A DNA stretch of 64,000 nucleotides from an uncultured Mycobacterium sp. (GTDB lineage: Bacteria; Actinomycetota; Actinomycetes; Mycobacteriales; Mycobacteriaceae), in assembly GCA_964447215.1 (NCBI GenBank), contig CAYURT010000004.1, forward strand, positions 37,498 through 101,497. Direction: 5' to 3'. The stretch's first letter is position 1. Each line of letters starts with the position of its first letter. A program made the position numbers and the translations under genes. Shown here one piece after another: positions 51,568 to 61,242 of this stretch. The notes beneath the pieces are model-generated. The model had not been told where the DNA came from and searched no databases. It saw only the letters and a list, made by a program, of their open reading frames with translations.

Positions 51568-52524
51568 TCAGCCCTTGCGGGTCTTGATCGCCTCGGTCAG
51601 CTGCGGCGCGACGTTGAACAGGTCGCCGACGACGCCGTAGTCGGAGATCTCGAAGATCGGCGCCTCCTCGTCCTTGTTGACTGCCACGATCGTCTTGGAG
51701 GTCTGCATCCCGGCCCGGTGCTGGATCGCCCCGGAGATGCCCAGCGCGATGTAGAGCTGCGGCGAGACCGTCTTGCCGGTCTGGCCCACCTGGAACTGGC
51801 CCGGGTAGTAGCCGGAGTCCACCGCGGCCCGGGAGGCGCCGACGGCGCCGCCCATCGAATCGGCCAGCGCCTCGACGACGTCGAACTTCTCCTTGCTGCC
51901 CACACCACGGCCACCGGCGACCACGATGGCGGCCTCGGTCAGTTCGGGCCGGTCACCGGCGACCGCCGGCTGGCGGCTGGTGATCTTGGTGGCGTTGGCG
52001 GCCGGCGCCGGCACCTCGACGGTGACCTGCTCCCCGGCACCCGCCGACGGCTGGGCCTCCACCGCGCCCGGGCGCACCGTGATCACCGGAACGTCGGCGT
52101 TGACCTTGGCCTCGACGGTGAAGGCGCCACCGAAGATGGAGTGGATCGCGGTGCCGCCCTCCTTGATGTCGACGACGTCGGAGAGCACCCCCGAACCGAT
52201 CCGGGCGGCCAGCCGGCCGGCGATCTCCTTGCCGTCAGCGGTGGCCGGCAGCAGCACGGCCGCGGGGGCGGCGGTCTCGACCAGGTTGGCCAGCACGTCG
52301 ACGAACGGGGTGATCAGGTAGTTCTCCACGTCGTCGGACTCCGCGACGTAGATCTTCGCCGCACCGGCGGCCGTGAGGTCCTCGGCCAGCTTCGCGGCGG
52401 TGCCGGGGGCGGCGACCACGACGGCGGAGGGTTCGCCCAGCGCACGAGCGGCGGTGATCAACTCGGAGGTGACCTTCTTGACCGCACCGTCGGCATGCTC
52501 GACGAGCACCAGTACTTCAGCCAT
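51568..52524 (-). CDS. etfA: Electron transfer flavoprotein alpha subunit
   Basis: It has [10 protein letters not shown] and a FAD-binding C-terminal region ([31 protein letters not shown]). Confidence 0.95.
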   Translation of the reverse strand: MAEVLVLVEHADGAVKKVTSELITAARALGEPSAVVVAAPGTAAKLAEDLTAAGAAKIYVAESDDVENYLITPFVDVLANLVETAAPAAVLLPATADGKEIAGRLAARIGSGVLSDVVDIKEGGTAIHSIFGGAFTVEAKVNADVPVITVRPGAVEAQPSAGAGEQVTVEVPAPAANATKITSRQPAVAGDRPELTEAAIVVAGGRGVGSKEKFDVVEALADSMGGAVGASRAAVDSGYYPGQFQVGQTGKTVSPQLYIALGISGAIQHRAGMQTSKTIVAVNKDEEAPIFEISDYGVVGDLFNVAPQLTEAIKTRKG

Positions 52525-52566
52525 GGGAGTTCTCTTTCTGTCTCGGTCTGTCTTGGTCGGCGGGGG

Positions 52567-53367
52567 CTAGATGATCTTCTGGGCGACCAGGTACTCGGCG
52601 ATCTTCGCGCCGCCTTCGCCTTCGTCGCTGACCTTCTCACCGGCGGTCTTGGGCGGCTTGGGGGTCGACGTCAGAACGCTCGAGCCGGCGTTGGCCAGAC
52701 CCACTTCGTCGGCCTCGACGCCGATCTCGTCGAGGGTCAGGGTCGTCACTTCCTTCTTCTTGGCGGCCATGATGCCCTTGAACGAGGGGAAGCGCGGCTC
52801 GTTGATCTTCTCGTTGACGCTGACCACGGCGGGCAGGGTGGCCTCGACGGAGTAGACGCCCTCATCGGTTTCGCGCTCGCCGCTGATGGTGCCGCCGGAG
52901 ACGGTCAGCGAACGCATATGGGTCAGCTGCGGCAGACCGAGGTACTCGGCGATGATCGCGGGGACCGCGCCACCGGTGCCGTCGGTGGCCTCGTTGCCGG
53001 CGATGACCAGGTCGGTGCCCTCGATGGCGCCCAGCGCACGCGCCAGCGCCCAGCCGGTCTGGACCATGTCCGAGCCGTGCAGGCGCTCGTCGAGCAGGTG
53101 CACGCCGCGGTCGGCGCCCATCGACAGCGCCTTGCGGATCGCCTCGGTGGCGCGCTCGGGGCCGGCGGTCAGCACGGTCACCGTGCTCTCCACGCCCTCG
53201 GCGCCCTCCTTCTCCTTGATCAGCAGCGCCTCCTCGACGGCCCGCTCGTTGATCTCGTCGAGCACGGCGTCGGCGGCTTCACGGTCGAGGGTCCAGTCAC
53301 CGTCGGAAAGCTTGCGCTCCGACCAGGTGTCCGGAACCTGCTTGATCAACACCACGATGTTCGTCAT
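52567..53367 (-). CDS. etfB: Electron transfer flavoprotein beta subunit
   Basis: MTNIVVLIKQVPD...DLVIAGNEATDG is typical of EtfB. The gene lies directly upstream of etfA. Confidence 0.95.
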   Translation of the reverse strand: MTNIVVLIKQVPDTWSERKLSDGDWTLDREAADAVLDEINERAVEEALLIKEKEGAEGVESTVTVLTAGPERATEAIRKALSMGADRGVHLLDERLHGSDMVQTGWALARALGAIEGTDLVIAGNEATDGTGGAVPAIIAEYLGLPQLTHMRSLTVSGGTISGERETDEGVYSVEATLPAVVSVNEKINEPRFPSFKGIMAAKKKEVTTLTLDEIGVEADEVGLANAGSSVLTSTPKPPKTAGEKVSDEGEGGAKIAEYLVAQKII

Positions 53368-53583
53368 GGCTCTCTGTGTCCTCCTCCGCGGGTCCGGCGG
53401 CCGTCCGGCCGCACCGGAATCTCAGGTACTTCCGCAGACCAGATCCTGTTACTGACGGGTAACTTATGCTGGTTCGCACTCCTACAATAACCCGCCGCGG
53501 ATTGTGTTCCCGCAGGCCCGGCAGCGCATCGGACGCACCGCAAGGGGTTCGGGAGGGCGTCCGCTCGGTTAGCCTGCCTTGCG

Positions 53584-54360
53584 ATGGGCACACACCTGAC
53601 CGACTCCGCCGACGGCGGTCTGCCACTGACCGGTGAGCGGACGGTCCCCGGCCTGGCGGTGGAGAACTACTGGTTCCGCCGCCATGAGGTCGTCTACCGG
53701 CACTGCGCGGCTCTTTGCGCTGGTCGCGAGGTTTTGGAGGCCGGTTGTGGGGAGGGCTACGGCGCCGATCTGCTGGCCTCCCACGCCCGCCGCGTGGTGG
53801 CCGTCGACTACGACGAGGCGACCGTGGCGCACGTGCGTGCCCGCTACCCGCGCGTCGAGGTCGTGCAGGCCAACCTGGCGGCCCTGCCGATGCCCGACGC
53901 TTCGCTGGACGTCGTGGTGAACTTCCAGGTCATCGAGCATCTGTGGGATCAGCCACAGTTCATTACCGAATGCTTACGGCTGCTGCGGCCCGGGGGGGCG
54001 CTGCTGATGTCGACCCCGAACCGGATCACTTTCACCCCGGGCAGCGACGTTCCGGTCAACCCGTTTCACACCCGCGAGCTCAACGCCGCCGAACTGTGTG
54101 AGCTGCTGGAATCCGGCGGCTTTGCCGTCGAGGGGGTCTTCGGGGTCTTTCACGGCCCGCGGCTTGTCGAGATGGACGCCCGTCACGGCGGCTCGATCAT
54201 CGACGCCCAGATCGGCCTCGCGCTGGCCGGCACACCATGGCCGGCCGACCTGCTCGCCGATGTCGCCGACGTCCGCTGCGAGGATTTCACGATCCTGCCG
54301 GCCGGCGAGCGCGACATCGACGACAGCCTCGACCTGCTCGCCGTCGCGGTGCGCCCGTGA
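53584..54360 (+). CDS. Class I SAM-dependent methyltransferase (Rv3030-like)
   Basis: SAM motif I is present (VLEAGCGEGYGADLLA), with a post-I acidic residue (VVAVDYD). Confidence 0.8.
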   Translation: MGTHLTDSADGGLPLTGERTVPGLAVENYWFRRHEVVYRHCAALCAGREVLEAGCGEGYGADLLASHARRVVAVDYDEATVAHVRARYPRVEVVQANLAALPMPDASLDVVVNFQVIEHLWDQPQFITECLRLLRPGGALLMSTPNRITFTPGSDVPVNPFHTRELNAAELCELLESGGFAVEGVFGVFHGPRLVEMDARHGGSIIDAQIGLALAGTPWPADLLADVADVRCEDFTILPAGERDIDDSLDLLAVAVRP

Positions 54361-55919
54361 CCGCGGCACCCGCCGTGCCGGGCCGGTTCAGCCTGGTCCT
54401 GCACACCCACCTGCCGTGGCTGGCCCATCACGGCCGCTGGCCGGTCGGCGAGGAGTGGCTCTACCAGTCGTGGGCGGCGGCCTACCTCCCGCTGATGCGG
54501 GTCCTGCGGCGGCTCGCCTCCGACGGCCGGCGCGGGGTGCTCACCCTGGGGTTGACCCCGGTCGTCGCAGCACAGCTCGACGACCCCTACTGCCTGGACG
54601 GGATGCACCGCTGGCTGGCCAACTGGCGGCTCCGCTCCCTGGAGGCCGCCACGATGCGGATGCCGACGGGCGCCGAGGCCGGAACCGCTACCACTCCGGA
54701 AGCCCTGCGCGCCTTCGGCATACGGGAGCTGGCCGACGCCGAGCGGTCGCTGGAGGAGTTCGGCCGGCTGTGGCGCCACGGTGCCGCCGGACTGCTGCGG
54801 GAGCTGATCGACGCCGGGACCGTGGAGTTGCTCGGCGGCCCCCTGGCCCATCCGTTCCAGCCGCTGCTGGCTCCCCGGCTGCGTGAGTTCGCGCTGCGCG
54901 AGGGGTTGGCCGACGCCGGACAGCGCTTCGCCGTCACACCCGGGGGCATCTGGGCCCCGGAGTGCGCCTACGCCCCCGGCATGGAACACGACTACCGCGC
55001 GGCGGGGGTCAGCCACTTCATGGTGGACGGGCCCTCACTGCACGGCGACACCGCGCTGGGTCGACCCGTGGGCGACAGCGGGGTCGTCGCCTTCGGCCGC
55101 GACCTTCAGGTCAGCTACCGGGTGTGGTCGCCGCGGTCGGGCTATCCCGGCCACGCCGCCTACCGCGACTTCCACACCTACGACCACCTCACCGGGCTGA
55201 AGCCGGCCCGGGTCACCGGCCGCAAGGTGTCCTCGGCGGACAAGGCTCCCTACGACCCGGAACGCGCCGCGGCCGCGGTGGACGCCCACGTCGCCGACTT
55301 CGTCGACCTTGTGGTGCGGCGACTGGTCGGGGAGTCCGAGCGGATCGGCCGGCCCGCCCACGTCATCGCCGCCTTCGACACCGAACTGTTCGGCCACTGG
55401 TGGCACGAGGGGCCGCTGTGGCTGGAGCGGCTGCTGCCCGCACTGGATGAGGCCGGGGTGCGGGTCGGCACCCTGGCCGACGCCCTGCAGGACGGCTACG
55501 TCGGCAGCCCGGTCGACCTGCCGGCCGGATCGTGGGGCTCGGGCAAGGACTGGCAGGTGTGGTCCGGCCCGCAGGTGGCCGACCTGGTGAGACTCAACGG
55601 CGAGGTGGTCGAGACGGCGCTGGCGTGCGTGGACAAGGCCATGGGCCACAGCGGCGCGGCGCCGGCCCGGGACCTCGTCGCCGACCAGATCCTGCGGGAG
55701 ACCCTGCTGACGGTCTCCAGCGACTGGCCGTTCATGGTGAGCAAGGACTCCGCCGCCGACTACGCCCGCTACCGGGCACACCTGCATGCGCACGCGACCC
55801 GGGAGATCGCCGGCGCGCTGGCCGCGGGCCGCCGCGACGCCGCCGAGCGGCTGGCGACCGGGTGGAACGCCGCCGACGGCCTGTTCGGGGCACTGGACGC
55901 CCGCCGGCTGCCACGGTGA
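54357..55919 (+). CDS. GH57-family glycoside hydrolase / branching-enzyme-like protein (Rv3031-like)
   Basis: The GTG at 54357 overlaps the upstream stop (GTGA). The N-terminus FSLVLHTHLPW is typical of GH57. Length is 520 aa. Confidence 0.8.
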   Translation: MTAAPAVPGRFSLVLHTHLPWLAHHGRWPVGEEWLYQSWAAAYLPLMRVLRRLASDGRRGVLTLGLTPVVAAQLDDPYCLDGMHRWLANWRLRSLEAATMRMPTGAEAGTATTPEALRAFGIRELADAERSLEEFGRLWRHGAAGLLRELIDAGTVELLGGPLAHPFQPLLAPRLREFALREGLADAGQRFAVTPGGIWAPECAYAPGMEHDYRAAGVSHFMVDGPSLHGDTALGRPVGDSGVVAFGRDLQVSYRVWSPRSGYPGHAAYRDFHTYDHLTGLKPARVTGRKVSSADKAPYDPERAAAAVDAHVADFVDLVVRRLVGESERIGRPAHVIAAFDTELFGHWWHEGPLWLERLLPALDEAGVRVGTLADALQDGYVGSPVDLPAGSWGSGKDWQVWSGPQVADLVRLNGEVVETALACVDKAMGHSGAAPARDLVADQILRETLLTVSSDWPFMVSKDSAADYARYRAHLHAHATREIAGALAAGRRDAAERLATGWNAADGLFGALDARRLPR

Positions 55920-55941
55920 CCGCCTCGCCCGAGGTGCCCGG

Positions 55942-57177
55942 GTGACGAAGGTACTCATGCTGTCGTGGGAGTACCCGCCGGTGGTCGTCGGCGGCCTCGG
56001 CCGCCACGTCGACCATCTGGCCACCGCACTGGCGGGGGCCGGCCACGAGGTGGTGGTGCTTTCCCGGCAGCCGCCGGGAACCGACCCGGCCACGCACCCC
56101 ACCACCGACAGCCGGCGCGGGGGGGTCCGGGTCATCGCGGCCGCGCAGGACCCGCACGAGTTCGACTTCGGCACCGACATGATGGCCTGGACTCTGGCGA
56201 TGGGACACGCGATGGTGCGGGCCGGCCTCCGGCTGGCCGGTGAGGGCTGGCTGCCCGATGTGGTGCACGCGCACGACTGGCTGGTCGCCCATCCCGGGAT
56301 CGCCCTGGCCGAGTTCTTCGACGTTCCCCTGGTGTCCACCATCCACGCCACCGAGGCCGGACGCCACTCCGGATGGGTGTCGGGCCGAATCAGCCGCCAG
56401 GTGCACGCCGCGGAGTCGTGGCTCGTGCGCGATTCCGACGCGGTGATCGCCTGTTCGGCCTCGATGGCGGCGGAGATCACCGCGCTGTTCGGGCCCGAGC
56501 TGGCCGAGATCACCGTCATCCGCAACGGGATCGACTCCAGCCGTTGGCCTTTCGCGCTCCGGACGGCACGCACCGGCCCGCCCGAGCTGCTGTACTTCGG
56601 CCGCCTCGAGTACGAGAAGGGAGTGCATGACGCGATCGCGGCGCTGCCGCGGATCCGTCGCGCCCACCCCGGCGCCACCCTGACCGTCGCCGGGGACGGC
56701 ACCCAGCAGGACTGGCTGGTCGAGGTGGCCCGGAAGAACAAGGTGCTCAGGGCCGTTCGGTTCACCGGAAGGGTCGAACACGACCAGCTGCTGGGGCTGC
56801 TGCACCGCTGCGACCTCGCAGTGCTGCCCAGCCACTACGAACCGTTCGGCATCGTCGCGCTGGAGGCCGCCGCGGCCGGGGCGCCCCTGGTCACCACCGA
56901 CGTCGGCGGCCTCGGCGAAGCGGTGATCGACGGGCAGACCGGGCTGTCCTGCCCGCCGCGCGACGTCCCGGCGCTGGCCTCGGCGGTGAGCGCGGCGCTG
57001 GCCGATCCGGCCGGCGCTCAGCGGCGCGCCCTGGCCGCCCGGGACCGCCTGACCGCGGACTTCGACTGGCACACCGTCGCCGCCGAGACCGCTGCGGTGT
57101 ACCTGGCGGCCAAACGCCGCGACCGCGAGCCGCATTCACGCCGGCCCGTCACCGAGCACGCCCTCCCCGACCGCTGA
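55942..57177 (+). CDS. GT4-family glycosyltransferase (Rv3032-like alpha-1,4-glucosyltransferase)
   Basis: It has VLMLSWEYPPVVVGGLGRHV and the GT4 EX7E region (SHYEPFGIVALEAAAAGAPLV). The start is GTG 55942, or alternatively ATG 55957. Confidence 0.85.
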   Translation: MTKVLMLSWEYPPVVVGGLGRHVDHLATALAGAGHEVVVLSRQPPGTDPATHPTTDSRRGGVRVIAAAQDPHEFDFGTDMMAWTLAMGHAMVRAGLRLAGEGWLPDVVHAHDWLVAHPGIALAEFFDVPLVSTIHATEAGRHSGWVSGRISRQVHAAESWLVRDSDAVIACSASMAAEITALFGPELAEITVIRNGIDSSRWPFALRTARTGPPELLYFGRLEYEKGVHDAIAALPRIRRAHPGATLTVAGDGTQQDWLVEVARKNKVLRAVRFTGRVEHDQLLGLLHRCDLAVLPSHYEPFGIVALEAAAAGAPLVTTDVGGLGEAVIDGQTGLSCPPRDVPALASAVSAALADPAGAQRRALAARDRLTADFDWHTVAAETAAVYLAAKRRDREPHSRRPVTEHALPDR

Positions 57178-57221
57178 GTCCTCCCCCGCCCGGGGTCGCT
57201 GCGACGCGGCGGCGGGCGGGC

Positions 57222-57959
57222 CTACCGCGAGGCCTTCTTGCGCTCGATATCGGCCAGGTGGGCCGCCAGTTCGGCGCGCTGCGCCGCCGAGGTCTCCCAG
57301 GCCAGCTTCCGATTCTTGACCACCTTGGCGGGCGAACCGACGGCGATCGAGTAGTCCGGGATATCGCCTTTGACCACCGCGTGCGCGCCCAGCACGCAGC
57401 CACGGCCGATGGTGGTGCCGCGCAGGATGGTCACCTTGGTGGCGATCCAGGTGTCCGGGCCGATGCGCACGGGGGTCTTGACGATGCCCTGGTCCTTGAT
57501 CGGCAACTCGATGTTGTCCATGCGGTGGTCGAAGTCGCAGATGTAGCACCAGTCCGCCATCAGCGCCGAGTCGCCGAACTCGATGTCGAGGTAGCAGTTG
57601 ATGACGTTGTCGCGGCCGAACACCACCTTGTCCCCCAGCCGCAGGGATCCCTCGTGGGCTCTGATGGTGTTCTTGTCGCCGATGTGCACCCAGCGGCCGA
57701 TCTCCAGCTGAGCCAGTTCCGGGGTGGCATGGATCTCGACGTCCTTGCCGAGGAACACCATGCCGCGGGTGATGACGTGCGGGTTCGTCAGCTTGAACTT
57801 CAGCAGCCGCCAGTAGCGCACCAGGTACCACGGCGTGACGGCCCGGTTGGCGATCACCCACTTCAGCGAGGCGAGGGTCAGGAAGCGCGCCTGCCGCGGA
57901 TCCCGCAGCCGTGAACCCCGCCAGCGGCGGTGGACCGGCGCGCCCCACATGCTCGTCAT
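57222..57959 (-). CDS. Left-handed beta-helix (hexapeptide-repeat) acyl/acetyltransferase (Rv3034c-like)
   Basis: It has a hexapeptide region (IGPDTWIATKVTILRGTTIGRGCVLGAHAVVKGDIPDYSIAVGSPAK). I chose ATG 57959. The longer 300-aa ORF would overlap the divergent lipoprotein gene. Confidence 0.7.
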   Translation of the reverse strand: MTSMWGAPVHRRWRGSRLRDPRQARFLTLASLKWVIANRAVTPWYLVRYWRLLKFKLTNPHVITRGMVFLGKDVEIHATPELAQLEIGRWVHIGDKNTIRAHEGSLRLGDKVVFGRDNVINCYLDIEFGDSALMADWCYICDFDHRMDNIELPIKDQGIVKTPVRIGPDTWIATKVTILRGTTIGRGCVLGAHAVVKGDIPDYSIAVGSPAKVVKNRKLAWETSAAQRAELAAHLADIERKKASR

Positions 57960-57984
57960 GTCCGATGAGCCTAGTCTCGCCTTG

Positions 57985-59298
57985 ATGAGAACGACACCGG
58001 CGCTGCGGCGCTCGCTGGCCCTGGCGGCGGCGGTGTGGCTGGCCGGCTGCGGCAGCACCGATTCCTGGGTGGAGTCCACGCCGGCGCGCGGATGGCCGGC
58101 CCAGTACGCCGACGCCGCCAACACCAGCTACACCGCCGTCGAGGGCTCCGCGGATCTCACACTGAGCTGGACCCGGTCGGTCAAGGGCGAGCTGGGGGCG
58201 GCGGCGGCGCTGGGCGCCGACGGCTATCTGGCCGTGAACGGGCAGACCGCCGAGGGCTGCTCGCTGATGGTCTGGGAGAACGACAACAACGGCCGCCAGC
58301 GCTGGTGCACCCGGATGGTGCTGGGCGGCGGTTTCACCGGGCCGTTGTTCGACGGGTTCGACAACCTCTACCTCGGCCAACCCGGCCTGATGGTGTCCTA
58401 CCCGCCCACCCAGTGGGTTCGCTGGCGCACCAACGTCATCGGAATGCCCACCACCGCACGGTTCCTCGAGGGCGGGCGGCTGCTGGTGATCACTCACCTG
58501 GGCCAGGTCCTGGTCTTCGACTCCCACCGGGGGTCGGTGGTCGGCGCCCCGCTGGACCTCGTCGACGGGATCGACCCGACTGATGCCACCCGAGGTCTGG
58601 AGGACTGCGCCCGTTCGCTGCCTGGCTGCCCGGTGCCCGCCGCCCCGGCGTACTCCGCGGCGAGCAGGACCGTGGTGGTCGGGGTATGGCAGCCGGGCGC
58701 GCCCGCCCCGGTGTTGACCGCGCTGCGCTACCAGCCCGGCCAGACCCCGTTGCTGGCCCGGGAGTGGACCAGTAACGCCGTCGCCGCGGGCATCCTGGGA
58801 AGTCCGGTTCTCTCCGGCGACGGCCGGACCGTCTACGTCAACGGCCGCGACCGCCGGCTCTGGGCTCTCGACACCGCCGACGGATCCGCGAAATGGTCGC
58901 TGCCGCTGGGTTTTCAGCCGCAGACGCCGCCGTCGCTCTCTCCGGACGGCCTGATCGTGGCCGGCGGCGGCCCCGACACCCGGCTGGTGGGGCTGCGCGA
59001 TGCGGGTGATCGCGCCGAAACACTGTGGCGCCGTGACGACGTGACCCCGCTGTCCACCGCCAGCCTGGCCGGCTCCCCGGTCGGCTCCCCGGTCGGCTCC
59101 CCAGTCGGCTATGCCGTGGTCGACGCCGCACCCGGTCTTGAGTTGCTGGCCTTCGACCCGGTCCAGGACGGTCGAACGATCAACAGCTACCCGCTACCGC
59201 AGGCCGAGGGATTCCCGGTGGGTGTTTCAGTGGGTTTCGACCGCCGGGTGGTGGTGGCCACCAGTGGCGGGCAGGTCTACAGCTTCGGGCCGGCCTGA
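57985..59298 (+). CDS. Lipoprotein with PQQ-like beta-propeller repeats (Rv3035-like)
   Basis: The ATG at 57985 gives a signal peptide plus lipobox (MRTTPALRRSLALAAAVWLAGCGS). Repeated G-x-V/L-Y-x-x-D/G propeller-like segments are present. Confidence 0.65.
   Translation: MRTTPALRRSLALAAAVWLAGCGSTDSWVESTPARGWPAQYADAANTSYTAVEGSADLTLSWTRSVKGELGAAAALGADGYLAVNGQTAEGCSLMVWENDNNGRQRWCTRMVLGGGFTGPLFDGFDNLYLGQPGLMVSYPPTQWVRWRTNVIGMPTTARFLEGGRLLVITHLGQVLVFDSHRGSVVGAPLDLVDGIDPTDATRGLEDCARSLPGCPVPAAPAYSAASRTVVVGVWQPGAPAPVLTALRYQPGQTPLLAREWTSNAVAAGILGSPVLSGDGRTVYVNGRDRRLWALDTADGSAKWSLPLGFQPQTPPSLSPDGLIVAGGGPDTRLVGLRDAGDRAETLWRRDDVTPLSTASLAGSPVGSPVGSPVGYAVVDAAPGLELLAFDPVQDGRTINSYPLPQAEGFPVGVSVGFDRRVVVATSGGQVYSFGPA
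59071..59106 (+). repeat. 12-bp x 3 in-frame microsatellite (GSPV)3 in the lipoprotein gene
   Basis: The sequence is GGCTCCCCGGTC GGCTCCCCGGTC GGCTCCCCAGTC, read directly. Confidence 0.85.
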
Positions 59299-59307
59299 GT
59301 CCGGCGC

Positions 59308-59976
59308 TCAGATCTGCAGCGGCGGAATGGCGTCGCGCGGCACCGAGACGGAGACGGCGTCGGCGTAGGACGGCAACATCTCGGCTCGTCCGAAGAAGAA
59401 GATCACCGCGTCGTCGGTGATCGCGAAGTTCTGGTAGTTCGCCGGGTCGCGTCCGTCGCCCGGCAGCACCGAAAGCCCGGTGCGCGTTTCCAGATCGCGG
59501 CTCACGATCGGGAAAATCGCATCCAGCGGTGCCGCGTCCGGCGAGAACATCGTCTCGAAGGTGACCGGGCGGGCACGGCCGAGATCGTAGGTGAAGGACT
59601 TGTACCAGGTGCTCGGGTGGGCGCTGCCGACGGCCTGGAACAGCGTCAGGACCAGGCTGCGGGTCTGCGCCGACGCGAATGATTCGCCGGTGACATCCAT
59701 CTCGTACGGCAGGTTCGGCGAACCGGGCGTCTGGGCGAGGTTGAGGAACCCGGCCTTGGTCTGCCCGAGATAGTCGATGACCGCCTGGCTGTCGGGATAG
59801 CCCAGGGGGAAGGTGACGTCCATGGTGTAGGACGGCTGGCTGTCACGAACCTGGCAGACACCGCCGTTCTGCACGACTCCGCCCAGCGCCAGGCAGCCGA
59901 CGGGATTACCCACGGCCACCGGTGCGCCCCAGAGCGATCCGGCCACGACGAGGGCACACAGAACGAGTGACCGCAT
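59308..59976 (-). CDS. Secreted protein, TB22.2 (Rv3036c)-like
   Basis: It has a signal peptide (MRSLVLCALVVAGSLWGAPVAVG). The assignment rests on size and position, which match Rv3036c. I recognise no catalytic motif. Confidence 0.6.
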   Translation of the reverse strand: MRSLVLCALVVAGSLWGAPVAVGNPVGCLALGGVVQNGGVCQVRDSQPSYTMDVTFPLGYPDSQAVIDYLGQTKAGFLNLAQTPGSPNLPYEMDVTGESFASAQTRSLVLTLFQAVGSAHPSTWYKSFTYDLGRARPVTFETMFSPDAAPLDAIFPIVSRDLETRTGLSVLPGDGRDPANYQNFAITDDAVIFFFGRAEMLPSYADAVSVSVPRDAIPPLQI

Positions 59977-59985
59977 CCCGACAGC

Positions 59986-61242
59986 CTACCGGCGGGCAGG
60001 TGAGGCACCGCCGGGACGGCAGACGAACGCCGTCGCTCGGGCGGCCGCGCCACGGCCGATCCTGGTGATCACCACCGCCATGTGCTCGGCGCCCGCGGGC
60101 CGCAGCCTGCGGCGCAGCGCGTCGGGGTCGACGTCGACTCCCCGCACCAGGATCTCCAGCGAACCGCAGCCGTGTGCCCCGAGCGCGGCGCGCAGTGTCT
60201 TCTCCCGCATCGGGACCTGCTCGAGAATCTCGAATCCGCGTACCCCGGGCGGAAGCCGGTCCCCGGTGAGGTAGGCGATCTCGGGGTCGAGTTGCCACAG
60301 CCCGTGCCGGGCGCCGTAGTGCCGGACCAGGCCGGCCCGCACCACCGCCCCGTCGGGGTCGACGATCCACCGCCCCGGCGCACCGGCCGGGCAGTCCGCC
60401 GGGTCGGCGTCGGTGACCGTCTCGGCGGTGCCCCCGTCGCGATCCAGGACAGTGGCCCGGCGCCGCACGGCAGGGGCCGACAGCGCCTGCGGCCACAGAC
60501 ACGCCTCGCGGACCGACCCACCGGCCGAGACCACCTCGATCTCCCCGTCGAAACCCAGTCGTCGAACCGCCTCGAAGTCGATTCCCGGCGCGCATTTGAC
60601 GACCGCGGCGCGGTCGCGGTAGATCGCCAGGATCCGGTCCAGCGGCGGCCGGTAGTCGGTCGGGTCGAACCGGCGTCGCCCCTGGGAACGACGGGCCGGG
60701 TCCAGCAGAACCACCACCTCCCGGCCCGCCGGCCCCCCGGTGATCGGAGCCAGGGCGTCGGCGCGGCACAACCCGATCCCGGGACCCAGGTTGTGTCTCG
60801 CCATGGCCAGCCGGACCTCGTCGAGGTCGCTGCCCAGCAGGCCGGCCGCGGTCTGCCGCAGGGCCGCCAGTTCGGTGCCGATCGAGCAGGTGGCGTCGTG
60901 GACGAACGCTCCGACCAGCCTGCCCGCCCGGTGGCGGGCGACCGCCGCGGCGGTGGCCTGCTGCAGAGCCTCGTCGGTGAACAGCCAGTGCGAGACGTCG
61001 ACGCCGGCGAACTTGGCGGCGGCACGGCGCCGCAGCAGGGTGGTCTCAACCAGCACCGCGGCCCGGTCGCCGTAACGGGACCGGGCGGTGGCGACCTCGG
61101 CGAGCAGGGTGGCCTCGGTGAGCGCCAGACGACCCACCTCGGCCAGCGCCGCCGTACCCGCGTCGCTGGTCAGGTATGCGACGTCGGCACGGGTGAATCT
61201 CAGGACGGCTTTACCCCGGTGATCATCACGTTGTAGTACCAC
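59986..61242 (-). CDS. Putative SAM-dependent methyltransferase (Rv3037c-like)
   Basis: It is a coding-like ORF. A motif I-like segment is present (FVHDATCSIGTELAAL). The start is uncertain: ATG 61299, GTG 61242, or CTG 61203 overlapping the upstream stop. Confidence 0.55.
   Translation of the reverse strand: MVLQRDDHRGKAVLRFTRADVAYLTSDAGTAALAEVGRLALTEATLLAEVATARSRYGDRAAVLVETTLLRRRAAAKFAGVDVSHWLFTDEALQQATAAAVARHRAGRLVGAFVHDATCSIGTELAALRQTAAGLLGSDLDEVRLAMARHNLGPGIGLCRADALAPITGGPAGREVVVLLDPARRSQGRRRFDPTDYRPPLDRILAIYRDRAAVVKCAPGIDFEAVRRLGFDGEIEVVSAGGSVREACLWPQALSAPAVRRRATVLDRDGGTAETVTDADPADCPAGAPGRWIVDPDGAVVRAGLVRHYGARHGLWQLDPEIAYLTGDRLPPGVRGFEILEQVPMREKTLRAALGAHGCGSLEILVRGVDVDPDALRRRLRPAGAEHMAVVITRIGRGAAARATAFVCRPGGASPARR

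Noticed and set aside
51559-53490. A 643-aa plus-strand ORF.
   Set aside because: It is antisense to etfA and etfB, both unmistakable, and is Gly/Asp/Leu/Arg-rich without domains.
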